Part shown: positions 53,090-64,000 of the stretch, piece by piece | Numbering within the stretch: position 1 is the first letter of the stretch | Layout of the letters: the number at the start of each line of letters is the position of its first letter | Origin: Octopus bimaculoides | Taxonomy: Eukaryota | Direction of reading: 5' to 3' | Assembly (NCBI RefSeq): GCF_001194135.2 | Contig: NC_068984.1 | Coordinates: forward strand, 128,231,865 to 128,295,864 | Length of the DNA stretch: 64,000 nucleotides | Program-made: the position numbers and the translations under genes | Notes under the pieces: model-generated | The model's database searches: none | What the model was told of the DNA's origin: nothing | Seen by the model: only the letters and a program-made list of their open reading frames with translations

Positions 53090-53355
53090 TGATAGAAAAG
53101 GTAAGACAACAAAAGAAAGAAAGAGACCTCGACATTATGTAAATTGAGAAATTTATCTGTAAATAATATGTGACAATTATTTGGTAGCCATGATAAAACT
53201 CCGAGTTTCAGATGTCGGGGCGGAAACCCACGCCGCCATCTCTTCAGGTATCTGGGCATCGAAAAGTGCTATGAAAATGACCGTTAAACAAAGGGAAATT
53301 ACTGTGTGATTGACCATTATTAAGACAAAAGAGCTATTAGAATGACCACTAACTT

Positions 53356-53388
<33 letters not shown>

Positions 53389-53690
53389 ATATACAAAGTA
53401 TGAGGGTTTAGCTTACAGGTGATCTAAATGATTAGGTATGCTAGGTTAGTGTTGTAACGGATTACTAGGGCTCCAAAGTTATAGCCGAGACGGTAGTTAC
53501 GGAGCCATTGTAGATTTCCGATGCAGCAGATATATAATTGTTAAAGGGGACAACAAACGTAAGGCAAGGTAAACATCTCAAGTCATATATATTATTATTA
53601 CTGGAAAAAATTTTTTTTTACCAATAATAATGTATATGACTTGAGATGTTTGCTTTGCTTTAATGCTTGTTGTCCTCTTTAAGAAATGTA

Positions 53691-53743
<53 letters not shown>

Positions 53744-53893
53744 TCTCTGAGTGGTTGGCGTTAGGAAGGGCATCCAGCTGTAGAAACTCTGCCAAATTTA
53801 GATTGGAGCCTGGTGTTGCCATCCAGTTTCACCAGTCCTCAGTCAAGTCGTCCAACCCATGCTAGCATGGAAAGCAGACGTTAAATGATGATG

Positions 53894-53964
<71 letters not shown>

Positions 53965-56900
53965 CAAAAAGATTTAAAACCAAGTGGAGATAATGGAAAC
54001 AAAAGATAATAAAATTATGTTTGGAGGCAAGTAACAAAACACAACAGACACAATGTTCAGATGATAGTAGAAAAGAGACAAAAATGAGAAAACTGAGATA
54101 AATTCACTCTAAAATACATCAACAAAGATTCTATTGAAACTTACACTATAATACTGGTGTCCCTTTAGATAATACACTGAATCTGTTGGCATACATGTTC
54201 AGAGTATAATAAGACCTGTTACTGAAGAACCCTACGTCAGTCCTGATAGAGCTGACTTATCATTACAGATGTTCCAACCCCATTTTTGTATACCTCCAGA
54301 ACAACACTATCTAATGCATTCTTCTTTTTTAAAGACGACAGAGAATTTGGCTACAATTTTTAGCAGATCAAGTGATTATAAAATTTTCCCTCATTAGTTT
54401 CACAATTAAGACATTATGATACAGGAGACTGAAAAGATGACTATTTCTCCTCTGAATTCTCTCGCACCATCTCCAACACTTCCGTCACCTTTCTCGACAT
54501 TTCAGTCAACATACACCACTTCACTCTCACCACGTCCATACACTACAAACACACCGACTCACACTCATGCCTCAACTTCTCCTCCTTCCACCCTACCCAC
54601 ACCAAACTCTCCATCCCCTACTTCTAATTCCTCCATCTGCACAGGCTCTGCAGTGACAACCATGACCTTGAAACTCAGCCTCAACTTATGGCTCATCACT
54701 TCATCCTTCATGGATATTCCCTCACCACTATCCACACTGCCCTTGTCAGAGTACGTTCTGTAGACTGTGTCTCTGCAATCTCCCTCTGCACCCATGTTAA
54801 ACAGGGTGATGGGTTAAGCCTAGTATCTAAGTAGGCCATGGAGGGATTTGAACTTGGAATGCAAAAACTGGAACAAATATCACAAAGCATCCAGTGGACC
54901 ATCCTTACAGTTCCACCAATCTACTGCCTGCGATTAGTACGTTGTTATCAACACTGAAAGAATGGAAGGCAAAATTGACCTCTGTCACAATACTGCAAGA
55001 TCAGATTCATTTCTGTGTTCCATACTTAATATTAAGAAAAGGTGGTGCGTTGGACAAAATGCAATATAGCATTGCTTCTGGATCTTTATGTTCTGAGTTC
55101 AAGGTGGTGAGCTGGCAGAATAATTAGCATGTCAGATAAAATGTCTAGCAACATTTCTTCTAGCTCTTTACATTTTGGGTTTAAATTCTGCTGAGGTCAA
55201 CCCTGCATATCTGGGTCAACAAAATTAATACCAATCAAATATTGAGACCCATGTAATCAACTTTCCCTTCCCCATCAAAATTGTTGGCATGGCGCTAAAA
55301 ATTAGAAAGAATATGAAACATTAACTGATTAAGAGATTGAAGTTGTCTCCCCTGGTTTTTTTTTTTAATTACTCAAATTAGTCATCTAGATAATTAATAT
55401 TTTTCATCACTAAGGGTCTAATTTTAATGAAATTCTGAGTTTACTACATCAAATACATAAATACATCAGAACCCACGTTACTATTAAGTATTCATGTAAG
55501 AGGTACCCTGTGTAATTTTCCCTGCATGTGTATTAATGATCCAGGTTGCATCTTTTTATGTCAAAGAGGCTGGATCGTTGGCTACAAAACTAGCACCACC
55601 ATTAAGCTTAACTTCAGAGAAGGGTAGCTAGAAACTCAGCAGAACTAATAACAAGACCTGTCAAAAGGACAGATGAACCTTGAGTCGGTTCAATGATTAT
55701 CTAGCAACAGCACAAATATATATCACCATCATCAGCAACATCCATTTTCCATGCTGGCATGGGTTGGACAGCTTGACAGGAGCTGGTAAGGCCAAGGGAT
55801 GCACCAGGTTCCATAGTCCATTTTGGCTTGGTTTCTACAGCTGGATGCCCTTCCAAATGCCAACCACTTTACAGAGTGTATTGGGTGCTTTTTACATGGC
55901 ACCAACCTTGTCCTTTTTTCCATGGTGGCATGGGCTAAATGGTTTAACAAGAACAGACAAGCCAGAGGGCTTAGCCAGGTTCTATGATATTGCATGATTG
56001 GCCTTCATTGGAATTTTAATTATAGCTAAGGCAATACTTATTTTAAGGTTTCTAGTTTAAGGAGGTTGTGTTGCATAGAATCACACACACACACACACAC
56101 ACAAATAGCTCAATTCTAGTTTGTTTTGCATGAAAAAATAAAGGTAATAGTCTTCTAATAATTGGCATAACTATAACAAATGATTACAATATCATGAAAA
56201 AGCAATCAGAAAAATTTAGAAATTACATGTCATAACTTTAGAACTAAGAAATGTTTTCCACCATTCTATTTGTAATTGCTACAACTTGATTGACACAACT
56301 GCAGTGAAGTCATTGACAGTTATCTCTATCCACACAAACCATAATGATATCTGTTAGGCAGCTGACGATGGGAATATATATTTGTTTTATTTGTCTGTGA
56401 ATCTTTTATATCTTGAGGTCTGTTGTTGTATATTGTCTTTCATTATTGTCGGTTTATGGTAGTTTTGTTGTTTGTATTATAAAATACGTTGATTTTGCAT
56501 GACTCTCCTTCATTAGGATTCTAATTATGGCTAGGGCAATACTTATTTTAGGGTTTCTAAATCTTCATAATTTGCAGATGTCTACAACAAAAAATACTCC
56601 ATTCCTTGTATTATGAGGAAATTTTGATTTTGAAATATTACTCTGATATTTGTCACAATTGTGATAGTTATTTCAATCCCAGAAACTAAGATCGAGTGAT
56701 AAACATTGCAATAACAGTGTTTTGATTATGCATATATAGAATAAAAAAATACTGGTGCTTAACAAGAAGGTAATAAATTAGAGAGCAAAAAGCAAGTGAA
56801 GCACAAATGGTTGTGGTGAGAGAGAGAGAAGAAGAAGAAGAGGGCAGACATAGAAAGAATACAAAGAGAATAAAGTGTAAAACAACTAAGTAGCAAAGAA

Positions 56901-57547
56901 ATAAAGAGAGTGAAGAAGTTGATGTTACAAGACTTAAAAAAGGCAAACCACACATGATCTTCCATTGATAGAATACAAAATAAATAATGAATACATACAT
57001 CACTGGAAGTCTGCTTAAATATAGCGTGATGCAAAATTTATTAACTTATTCCTGATGTCTATGTTACCATTTTTCTATATCTATGGAACATTTGTCCACA
57101 GCAGAGATTAATCTTCAAGAATAATAAAAGCCATAGATTAAAAAAAAAATCAAAAAAGTCATGATGCATGAGATATTAAGTTCCTAATTAAAAATAGACA
57201 ACTTAATCTGAATTTAGTTCAGCAGAATGAAAGTAGTTAATGACAAAACTTAAAATTAAAAAATATATTTATTTTTATTGCTGCAGTAATTGTTTTAAAA
57301 ATCCATCCGAAGTTTTTTTTTTTTTGTTATAAAACAATACACATTGAAAATCGATGTGGTTATTGCTACTGATGTTTGTTACCATGAAGAAGAAATGTGT
57401 ACAATAATAACTAACAGCATGTGCAGTTTTAAAGAGTGCATCCAAAGCTGCTGAACAAGTGGTAAAAATGAGACGGGGGAAACAATAGATTACTTGTGTG
57501 ATTAGTCAAAAGAGAAAATGAAACAAGATCGTTATTAGATAACAGCA

Positions 57548-57578
<31 letters not shown>

Positions 57579-57885
57579 TATAGCAACAATAATTTGGAAA
57601 TGTGGAAGTTCAGTTTCAAAGAATAGACAAATAATGACTAACTATTGAGAGAAGTCGCTAAAGAGAAGAGAATGGTAGATAGAAAGATAAAGGAAAAGCA
57701 AAGATAGAGATAGAAATGATAAAGGTTAATGAAGGTTTTTTTTATGGTATTTTTACTTAATTGGATAACGTTTTAGATGAACAATAATATAGCATGCTTT
57801 ATGACATTTAATTTTATTCAGCAACACATTCTAACTGATCTCATACACCAGATATATATATATATATATATATATNNNNNNNNNN

Positions 57886-57927
<42 letters not shown>

Positions 57928-59304
57928 TATATTATTTCCAACCATGTTGTTGAGGGTCAGAAGTGAACTCAGTGATTTACTGTAGAAAAAACTGCAAATC
58001 AAAATGCAATGGAGAATCAGACCAAATTCGATGATATGAGATTATGATAAGGTTATCAAGATGAATCTTTTTAAAACTATCATTGAAGTTAAAATTATAT
58101 AGGCTATAACTAATAAATATTTAATCAAATAGGATTAGAGTGGATGAGACCAGAAAGTAATAAATAAGAGAGAAGATAGAATGAAACATGAGAAATAAAG
58201 ACATTACCAAAAGTTAAAATCATTATATATTATAGCAATGAAGGTTCCTCTCGCTGGTGTGATATATTAACTGCACAAATTATGAAACAGTGCTTTGCAC
58301 TGACTGTACAGTTAATCTATCACAAGTTGGCCCAATATTACCAAAATACCCTATGTATGCATGTAGTGTGCTGGAACTTGTCAGAATTTGGTAGGAAAGG
58401 AAGTTGGTACATATAGACACATACATGGGAGGGGCAAAAGTAGCCACATGCATCATCACCAAGCAGATTCTCAAGAATTTGAAGAGAGACAAAAAATGTG
58501 TTCCAGTGATAGCTAGACAAAGCAAGCGAGTAGCTGCAGACAGGTGACAAATTATTTTAGTGGGTGGTCACCATTTGGCTTTAAATATATTCATTCTATA
58601 TATATTTATATCTAATAATAATTTATTTACTTTGGGTTGGAACAATTAAGTAAGAAAGTTCTTCATTGGTTATGATGATTGAATCAAGTAAAAGAAATTA
58701 TAATAACTAATAACAATACTATTTAAGAAATAAGTATTTGTAAAACTATATTTTTATCATTATTATTATTATTATTATTACATTATCATGTTTATGTTTC
58801 ATCAATGAATTCTTCATCACAGCAGAAAAATGATTGGTTTTATAAGGTGAAAGAGAAAGTGGAAAGAAAAAAGGGAATTACATCATCTCAACAGATGAAA
58901 TGATCTAAATTTGATGTGTTGGATCTTTTTAGTTAGAGAGTTTTAATTCAATTTAATAAGGAATAGATTAGGTAACTTCATTCTTTAACGTATTAGCATA
59001 TATCAAACAGTGTTATATTGGTACAGATATATCAAATATATGCCTGTTGTTAGAGGAAGAAATATGAACTGCACATCTGGTACCAGGTATTAGGAGCTGA
59101 AGAGACATTTTAATGACTGATTAAATCAGTCTTGATATAATTTAGGTGTGCATGTAATTTAGTGTGGTAGACATGATTGTGTGTTTAAGAAGGGTTTGAT
59201 TCTATTGTACAGCACCTTGGGCAAGAATCTTTTACGATAGCCTCAGGTTGACCAATGCTTTGTGAGTGATATTTGGTATACAGAAACTGTGCAAAAAAAG
59301 ACTG

Positions 59305-59340
<36 letters not shown>

Positions 59341-62300
59341 ACACACACATATATATCAATTGTCAATAATCTGAATTTTGTGTCAAACAAAAATAACTTG
59401 TGATATTTAGTCCACCTGAACTACATACACAGACACTCCCTTTGTTTGTCACTCTCTTGGCATTAGAAATGTAATGAACCTGTGATAAGTCCATTGGAAA
59501 ACTATAACAAATGATGCAATTGTACACAAAAATTATAGAAGAAAATAAAATAAATAAATTGATAATGGCTACAATAAATTGATAACTGTCCACCCAAGTA
59601 GACAGTTACTATAGTAGGTAGTCACTACTGCTAATTACTATACTTTTTGCAGCATAATTATATTTGAGTTATCTGCCTTCTTGATATAGTGAAACAATGG
59701 TAAATTAGGTCAGCTTTAAAATCAATGGTATTACAGAATGACCAGAGATATGAAAAGCATTGTGAAATACAATGCTTGCAAAGTTAAGATGTTGGACTAT
59801 TATACTTCTTAAGTGCTTACACTCAATAATCACAAAATGTAGAACATTATTACTGTTCTCAGATCCTACTGTTTATTTTATTAACTACACACATAGTGCT
59901 AGTTCAAACCACATAACAGTTATTGTAGTGAACCCCTGAACAAAGCTTGTTCTAGTTTACCTTAGATAATAGACATCGGTTTCACTCATTACTCCATTGT
60001 TGAATGGTATGTAGCAAGAACATCCAGCAAGAAAACAATTACTCAAATAACAAATGATCCAACCCATCTTTGCTAGTATAGGAAAATGAGCATTAATAAT
60101 TGAAGTAATTGAAGAGAGAGAGAGAGAGAGAGTTTTCTTTGAGGGCTCAGCAAACACCAGAGCCAGAAGCAGTTATAAAGCTGGAAGTTGAAAAGCTATA
60201 ATTCTCTTAGATAGCAGAGATGTTAGAAACTTAAGGGTGAATAAGAATAAAACTAGTTATTTTGATATGTGAATGTTATCTGAGATAACTGTCATGACAG
60301 CAAAATTTTTCAAAGCAGATGCAATTGAGGGAAAAAAACTACAGAGAACTGTAAAGAATAGACAGTACTTGTAGTGGAGACAATAATTGCTAAGTTAGTG
60401 TAGGACAGAATTTAGATGTCATGCAGTTTAGGCTTGTATCAAGTTCAAAGGGTCAAATGAAACAGTTACTAGAAGAACTACAATACAGGAATCTAAAACA
60501 AAAAGTACTGAAGTGAAGACAGAATAGCTAATAATGAACTCAATACTATTGCATTTGCAATGCGCCTAATGTTTGTACAAGAAGTATAGTAATGTTAGCT
60601 AAAGTCAGAACTAACTTCTAAGATTGCAGTGCTATCAAGTCAGTAGTCACATTGTAATTCATAATAGTTAGAAGACAGAATGTTTACTCTTGTGCTAACT
60701 GTATGTTGTACTGTATGAAACTTGAGCAGTAAAATCAAATACCAAAAGCAAACTACCTATAATAGCAGAGAAACAAGAACACAGTAGGTCACATTTAAAA
60801 TAAAAAGAGTAAATTACTAATTTAAGGGAGATCAAGAAAGTGAGAGTACTGTATAAATAATATATTATTCTAAGTAAATCCCTTTCATGTATTCTGTTTG
60901 TATTAACTACTTGACACTGTACAATTGGTGTTTAAACAGCTAAAATTCAGAGGAGTTTTAAAACTCTTCTGCTTTAGTATACTACCCCACCACCCACACT
61001 AAAAAAAAACTCAGCTAAAATTATATTTTTAATGAATTCCTTCTTATAAAACTTCATGCTTCATTTGGAATCAACATTTATTGTTTCTATTAAGTTAAAG
61101 ACAATATAGAAAAGCAAATGCCAGTAATATTAAACTCAGTAGATTGGTTGATATATAAACCTAGCATATAAAACTGAAGAACGGAATAAGTCATAATGGT
61201 ACACAATAAATCATAATGGTAAAGATTGCACTTCTGCAATCTTTCAGTAATCTCCAAGGTGAGGACAGGACTGAAATATCCCACATCAAGTGCCTGTTAC
61301 TTGAATGTAAATATATGATTTTCACAGAGTGTCTATAGTGACTGCTTCATGGTAGTCTTGAGGAAAAGCAAAACAAACCCTAAACAAGCTAAAGTACTAT
61401 TGTAAGAATCTGTTGAATATATCTTGTTGAATTTGACAAAATTTATAAAACTAAAAAATTTAATTTTCTGCCTAAATAAAATGGTTGAAAATATATTTTA
61501 ATATGGATTTTATAGTGGTACTTTAATTTATGATATGCTAGTAGAAATTATCTTTAAAAACACATCAAGTAGGGAGTAATATAATATGTAAAGTACAACT
61601 AAATTATTCGGTAAGTCTGTTACTTAAGAATATATCATTGTTAATGCAGGTGACTTACAAGTACAGAGAGGTGGATAAACAAATCAAAACTAAGAAAACA
61701 AAAATGTGTGCAACAAACTTTTGGAAACAATGAATAATGACAGGGAGGATTGTTGAGAAGATGATAACTGAGTGTGGAAAGGAGCATACATGTTGAAAAA
61801 GGAAACAACTGTTGCATTCTTCTTTTGTTGATGATAACAGTCATTAACAAAATTCTTTAAGCAATTGTCCAAAACTATTTATGAGATAGCCAAAGCAAGA
61901 AATGCTATTTTTTTTAAAACTAAATACATTTGATAAGAAATAATGAGGTATTTAATAATTTGTTATTATATTCGAGCGAGGTCATTGCCAGTGCCGCTGG
62001 ACTGGCTCCTGTGCAGGTGGCACGTAAAAAACACCATTTTGAGCGTGGCCGTTGCAAGTACCGCCTGACTGGCCTTCATGCCGGTGGCACGTAAAAGCAC
62101 CCACTACACTCTTGGAGTAGTTGGCATTAGGAAGGGCATCCAGCTGTAGAAACTCTGCCAAATCAGATTGGAGCCTGGTGTAGCCATCTGGTTCACCAGT
62201 CCTCAGTCAAATCATCCAACCCATGCTAGCATGGAAAGCGGACGTTAAACGATGATGATGATGATGATACCTAAACTGTATGGTGGTGTTTTGTTCAATT

Positions 62301-63570
62301 CAATCTCATTTCATAAAAAAGTAGAAATACTTTACTTTTAAAATATCACTTACATTACATATATTCATTCTAAAAATTAAGTAGAAATATATCTAACGTA
62401 GATACAATCATAATTACTTATATTTTCAAAACAACTGAATCGAAACTTATTGTATATAAGCTCAGAATATCCTTGAGGTAAACATTTTATTATTTGAAGT
62501 AACATTATGAGTTTATGTTTGTAGAATGAAATTAAGCAATTAAATTTTGGCCATTATCTTTTTATAAATATATTTTTTTGTCATGTCAGTAATATAATAA
62601 TAATTCCAGGAATTCAGAAACAAATTATTCTTCAAGTCAATAATTCAATGAGAACTTTTAAAAATTTTGTTTAAGAAAATTGAAATTTACAATGAAATTC
62701 CTCAATAGTTAGAGTTTAGTGTACTACTATCATAATGATAAGATACATGAAATAAAGAACATTCTAGTGAATTTCAGTTATCAGAATCAACAATAAAGAA
62801 GAAAATACAACCTAAAAATGAACAAAGAACAAAAATGAGACATGCATGAATAAAATATTAAAATAATATTAAGGACTGAGGAAAAAAAAAGATGAATAAC
62901 ATGCTTCATGTAATTTGAACAAAAATGTAATTGATGGAATTAAACAATACTTAATGGTAACTGAAACATAAACAGATATGCCAGCTATGTATGTTGATCT
63001 ATTGCTTTGGTAATATCTACACTATGAGAATATATTAGTATTAACTGCATAGAATTGTTGGGAAAATGTTTTGCAATTGATATCATTTGTTTTTAATAAC
63101 TTACTTTCAACCATAGAGATTTTTAAAAAATGATACTGTTTTGTCAGTTGTAGGTTCAAGTTCAAAATGTTTAGCAGAATAGTCCAGCACTCACTGATCA
63201 CAATATGCTTTATAGGAATCAATCAGAATGCCTAATATCACAACATGACAGCACATATTCCTAGAAAGCATTGTTAAATTCCCTCAGTACATCAAGTTCA
63301 AGTAGAGAAAGCAGGATAAAAAGATTCACCAAAGTTCTGACTTAACAGCAACTGCTATAAGCAGATATACATTTAGCACACTCACTTGAAACATAAGATG
63401 GATGTTGGTAACTTTCTGGGCTGACCAACCAGCTGACTGAGAAGAAGATTCAAGTTGAAAATATGGGGTCAGTTTTTGAATGTAACTTCCTTCCTTGAAA
63501 AAATTCTGGTTTGATGTGTTAGTCTTCATTAAGTTCAGCATCAGTAACAGACAGTCTTCCACAACAATAC
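29388..63570 (-). CDS. USO1: General vesicular transport factor p115 (USO1), partial multi-exon gene; 16 coding exons in window, 5' exons outside
   Basis: Spliced translation matches the remembered p115 armadillo head (GIVVEDC..NQNFFKEGSYIQ..WSAQKVTN; VVLLMSMVNEKQPFVLRCAVLYCFQ; AGQLLCGGLFS; QLLRVQLATSLGNPPVSLLQQC), coiled coil (KKEQDDLLVLL) and acidic tail. All 15 introns are GT-AG with compatible phases. Confidence 0.97.
29707..29833. mobile_element. Tc1/mariner-type MITE (127 bp)
   Basis: Perfect 28-bp TIR CAGGGTGTCCACAAAGTCTGGGTACATG with TA target duplication. Confidence 0.9.
30678..30836 (-). CDS. USO1: USO1 exon KLEEEKTALN...KKEQDDLLVLLSEQDGKIEEYKEKLKQLGC
   Basis: 159 nt; matches the p115 C-terminal KKEQDDLLVLLADQD motif; donor gtaagt. 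Confidence 0.95.
33246..33419 (-). CDS. USO1: USO1 coiled-coil exon (FQMSLQ)KSESKDETSS...LLDKIK; acceptor ambiguous (33419 or 33401)
   Basis: Two in-frame CAG acceptors 18 nt apart; donor gtgaga. Confidence 0.82.
34677..34895 (-). CDS. USO1: USO1 coiled-coil exon LAELIAAKAA...KEQLEKMLE
   Basis: 219 nt; acceptor tttcag, donor gtaagt. Confidence 0.87.
35700..35970 (+). repeat. ~25-bp minisatellite (aaggttagactaccacactatgtat-like), roughly 10 degenerate copies
   Basis: Periodic ggttagact...tatgtata. Confidence 0.75.
36006..36103 (-). CDS. USO1: USO1 coiled-coil exon (G)SQDGKNEIAQLKQEIETLQTKLKTKDDELKQT
   Basis: 98 nt; acceptor tgatag, donor gtaagt; phase-compatible. Confidence 0.87.
36250..36484 (-). 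mobile_element. tRNA-derived SINE with core GAGGTCGACTTTGCCTTTCATCCTTTC..GTCGATAAATTAAGTACC (resembles the Meta-SINE domain, from memory)
   Basis: A/B-box head, conserved core; other copies at 36541-36718 (+), 41514-41750 (+), ~22570-22795, ~27590-27750, ~49560-49685 (-) and ~55100-55300 (+). Confidence 0.78.
37070..37477 (-). mobile_element. tRNA-derived SINE, well-preserved copy of the most abundant family (resembles octopus OK-type SINE)
   Basis: Head AGGCGCAGGAGTGGCTGTGTGG..GGTTCAGTCCC (A/B-box-like), internal CA/TA microsatellite. Related copies at ~585-930, 975-1200, 4695-4965, 8065-8308, 13260-13410, 16280-16610, 21655-22020, 22850-23000, 42290-42445 and 63740-63920. Confidence 0.85.
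38831..38969 (-). CDS. USO1: USO1 coiled-coil exon DIQLNDLRKE...QNAVLKAQK
   Basis: 139 nt; acceptor tttcag, donor gtttgt; phase-compatible. Confidence 0.9.
39388..39836 (+). mobile_element. Composite SINE: OK-type tRNA head + microsatellite + RTE-like 3' tail
   Basis: Same 5' half as 37477-37320 but ends in ..caggaagggcat..gtagaaaat..catg..aaac(gat)n; similar copy at ~38295-38750; tail fragments at ~15840-15960, 25150-25500, 34220-34440 and 45440-45590. Confidence 0.7.
39923..40038 (-). CDS. USO1: USO1 exon (N)EVLRAVSVSD...IVIQYKELIREQ
   Basis: 116 nt; acceptor tttcag, donor gtgagt; matches YKNMIREQ. Confidence 0.92.
40999..41180 (-). CDS. USO1: USO1 exon DSLCKIIANRIGMETFIDKL...EFTRLFKSLE
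   Basis: 182 nt; acceptor ttacag, donor gtaagt. Confidence 0.95.
41514..41750 (+). mobile_element. Full-length copy of the same core-domain SINE
   Basis: Aligns end to end with the reverse complement of 36250-36484 (high identity by eye). Confidence 0.82.
42487..42608 (-). CDS. USO1: USO1 exon LIAQISASEGEELEQLVQGLCAFLLGISVLFNDDQNETFN(K)
   Basis: 122 nt; donor gtatgt; matches EQLVQGLCALLLGIS. Confidence 0.95.
42609..44919 (-). promoter_or_regulatory. U12-type (minor) GT-AG intron of USO1
   Basis: 5'ss GTATCCTTTT at 44919-44910; branch site CCTTAAC at 42626-42620, ~13 nt from the AG; no polypyrimidine tract (tgctatttaAG). Confidence 0.88.
43331..44794 (-). mobile_element. 5'-truncated, frameshifted RTE-clade LINE (RT fragment + 3'UTR + (ATG)n tail)
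   Basis: NYRGIKLLDQ..QLGFVPRRSTTDAIF..AFVDLDKAFDRVP..HQGLVLS..LLYTDDL..VDSFCYLGD. There is an internal deletion after YTDDL. The 3' tail matches the many short copies in the window. Confidence 0.92.
44920..45030 (-). CDS. USO1: USO1 exon GGKIQTRIGLLMLLCGWLSDCSIAVTHFLCNTANVPY
   Basis: 111 nt; acceptor tttcag; donor GTATCCTTTT (U12 type). Confidence 0.95.
46401..46455 (+). repeat. 18-bp tandem repeat x3 (tggccagtggtatatttg)
   Basis: Three near-identical units. Confidence 0.9.
46643..46848 (-). CDS. USO1: USO1 exon (V)NTITAGQLLCGGLFSG...QQCCNMLAQ
   Basis: 206 nt; acceptor tttcag, donor gtaagt. Confidence 0.96.
47957..48111 (-). CDS. USO1: USO1 exon PAIVVLLMSMVNEKQPFVLRCAVLYCFQ...LLPTTAD
   Basis: 155 nt; acceptor ttatag, donor gtgaga. 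Confidence 0.96.
48373..48461 (-). CDS. USO1: USO1 exon TINTVSEIIRGNLANQEFFASVMAPSKPP(R)
   Basis: 89 nt; acceptor ttccag, donor gtaact. Confidence 0.94.
48590..48695. mobile_element. Second copy of the same MITE (106 bp, internal deletion)
   Basis: Same TIR with 2-3 substitutions, TA flanks, shared internal sequence. Confidence 0.88.
48932..48996 (-). CDS. USO1: USO1 exon (N)LLKQLCTILMASGVPADVLTA
   Basis: 65 nt; acceptor tttcag, donor gtatgg; matches LCTILMATGVPADILT. Confidence 0.94.
49715..49790 (-). CDS. USO1: USO1 exon LVRTLVSPNNPLNQTAACQKVMNSC
   Basis: 76 nt, not in ORF track; acceptor ctatag, donor gtaagt; matches p115 LVRVLVSP..CQK. Confidence 0.93.
50700..50990 (+). mobile_element. 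Possible decayed LINE RT fragment
   Basis: DYTDDAV (cf. DYADD) followed by GAKISHFKSK (cf. GLKIS..KSK). Confidence 0.3.
51458..51587. repeat. Perfect 38-bp inverted repeat with 54-nt spacer
   Basis: 51458-51495 is the exact reverse complement of 51550-51587. Confidence 0.92.
52434..52784. repeat. Degenerate foldback/MITE-like element
   Basis: Arms 52434-52520 and 52665-52784 share tcattatgccaataaacac, acttctttatt and aattaactaattgattgttt in inverted orientation. Confidence 0.65.
53541..53682. repeat. 142-bp near-perfect palindrome, TTAA-flanked (foldback MITE, possibly Kolobok-type, or hairpin RNA)
   Basis: 59 consecutive outer pair positions: 52 Watson-Crick, 6 G-T, 1 A-C, plus one 1-nt bulge. 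Confidence 0.9.
54450..54790 (+). mobile_element. Penelope-like element RT/thumb fragment
   Basis: Frame not in ORF track: SVTFLDISVNI..TTSIHYKHTDSHSCLNFSSFHPTHTKLSIPYF*FLHLHRLCSD..FILHGY, the typical PLE FLD/YKPT/HP..K.SIP/LR..CS/GY series; one stop. Confidence 0.85.
61975..62268 (+). mobile_element. RTE LINE 3'-end fragment (or RTE-tail SINE), young
   Basis: Ends ..gcatggaaagcggacgttaaac(gat)n; near-identical copies at 27207-27428, 53741-53895, 45765-45855 (-), ~50090-50210 and ~55720-55910 (-); same tail type as the RT-bearing copy at 43331. Confidence 0.8.
63386..63570 (-). CDS. USO1: USO1 exon (G)IVVEDCLLLMLNL...AQKVTNIHLMFQ
   Basis: 185 nt; acceptor tttcag, donor gtgagt; strong p115 match. 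Confidence 0.96.
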
Positions 63571-64000
63571 CTGAAATTGATAATGATAGGCAGCGGTTCA
63601 AAATTTACAGAATGTGGTAAAAATAAATGGTAAATATATGATTATAATGTAGATCCCACAGGGTCTAAGTTGGTGTAAAAGTATCAAAACTAATACTTGT
63701 CAGTGGCATCTCCATTATCTTTTATATGTTTCATTCATAGGACTGTAGTCATGCTGGAGCACCACTTTGAAATATTTTTGTCAAAGAAATCAAACATATA
63801 TTTATTTTGGTTTTAATCTTGAACTTATTCAATTGGGGTCTTTTACTGAACTCCCAAGTTACAAGGACATAAACAAACCAACACCTGGTTGTCAAGCAAG
63901 TGGGGTGGAGGACATTCACTTTATGCTTATGTAGCTGACATTTCTGTACAACTTCATAAAATAACATTCATGCCACTCCAACTGGACTCAGTCAATTACT

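Noticed and set aside
58230-59090. Possible nested-gene exons in the large USO1 intron (open frames at 58236-58420, 58823-58846, 59054-59086)
   Set aside because: They do not chain into a recognisable protein; short AG..GT open segments are expected by chance
60948-60971. 24-bp near-perfect palindrome cagaggagtttt/aaaactcttctg
   Set aside because: Short, loopless and AT-centred; no supporting context

Overview
Eukaryotic, AT-rich (TA/CA/GA-microsatellite-laden) genomic DNA with six N-gaps, each flanked on at least one side by a simple repeat. It is most likely from an octopus (coleoid cephalopod); this is inferred from the SINE, RTE and mariner repeat content, not proven. I reconstructed by hand 16 minus-strand coding exons (63570 down to 29388) of USO1/p115 (general vesicular transport factor). 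Frames are consistent at every junction through to the acidic C-terminal tail and stop; the 5' exons lie beyond 64000. One USO1 intron (42609-44919) has full U12 (minor spliceosome) signals and carries a 5'-truncated RTE LINE. A second minus-strand gene starts near 11.8-12 kb with a single AT-hook (HMGA-like) coding exon; I could not find its downstream exons in the window. The rest is TE-derived: several tRNA-derived SINE families, RTE tails, decayed CR1/L2-like LINEs, a Penelope-like RT fragment, mariner/maT pieces and MITEs, a Merlin-like element and several foldbacks. The best unexplained signals are a four-hairpin structured segment at 24.0-24.2 kb, a decayed minimal hammerhead-like motif at 3-60, a hairpin/promoter-like cluster in the 13.6-kb USO1 intron, and a telomere-like element flanked by a triplicated 13-mer. 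No CRISPR, rRNA or bona fide tRNA was found. All calls are by eye; no searches or folding programs were run.
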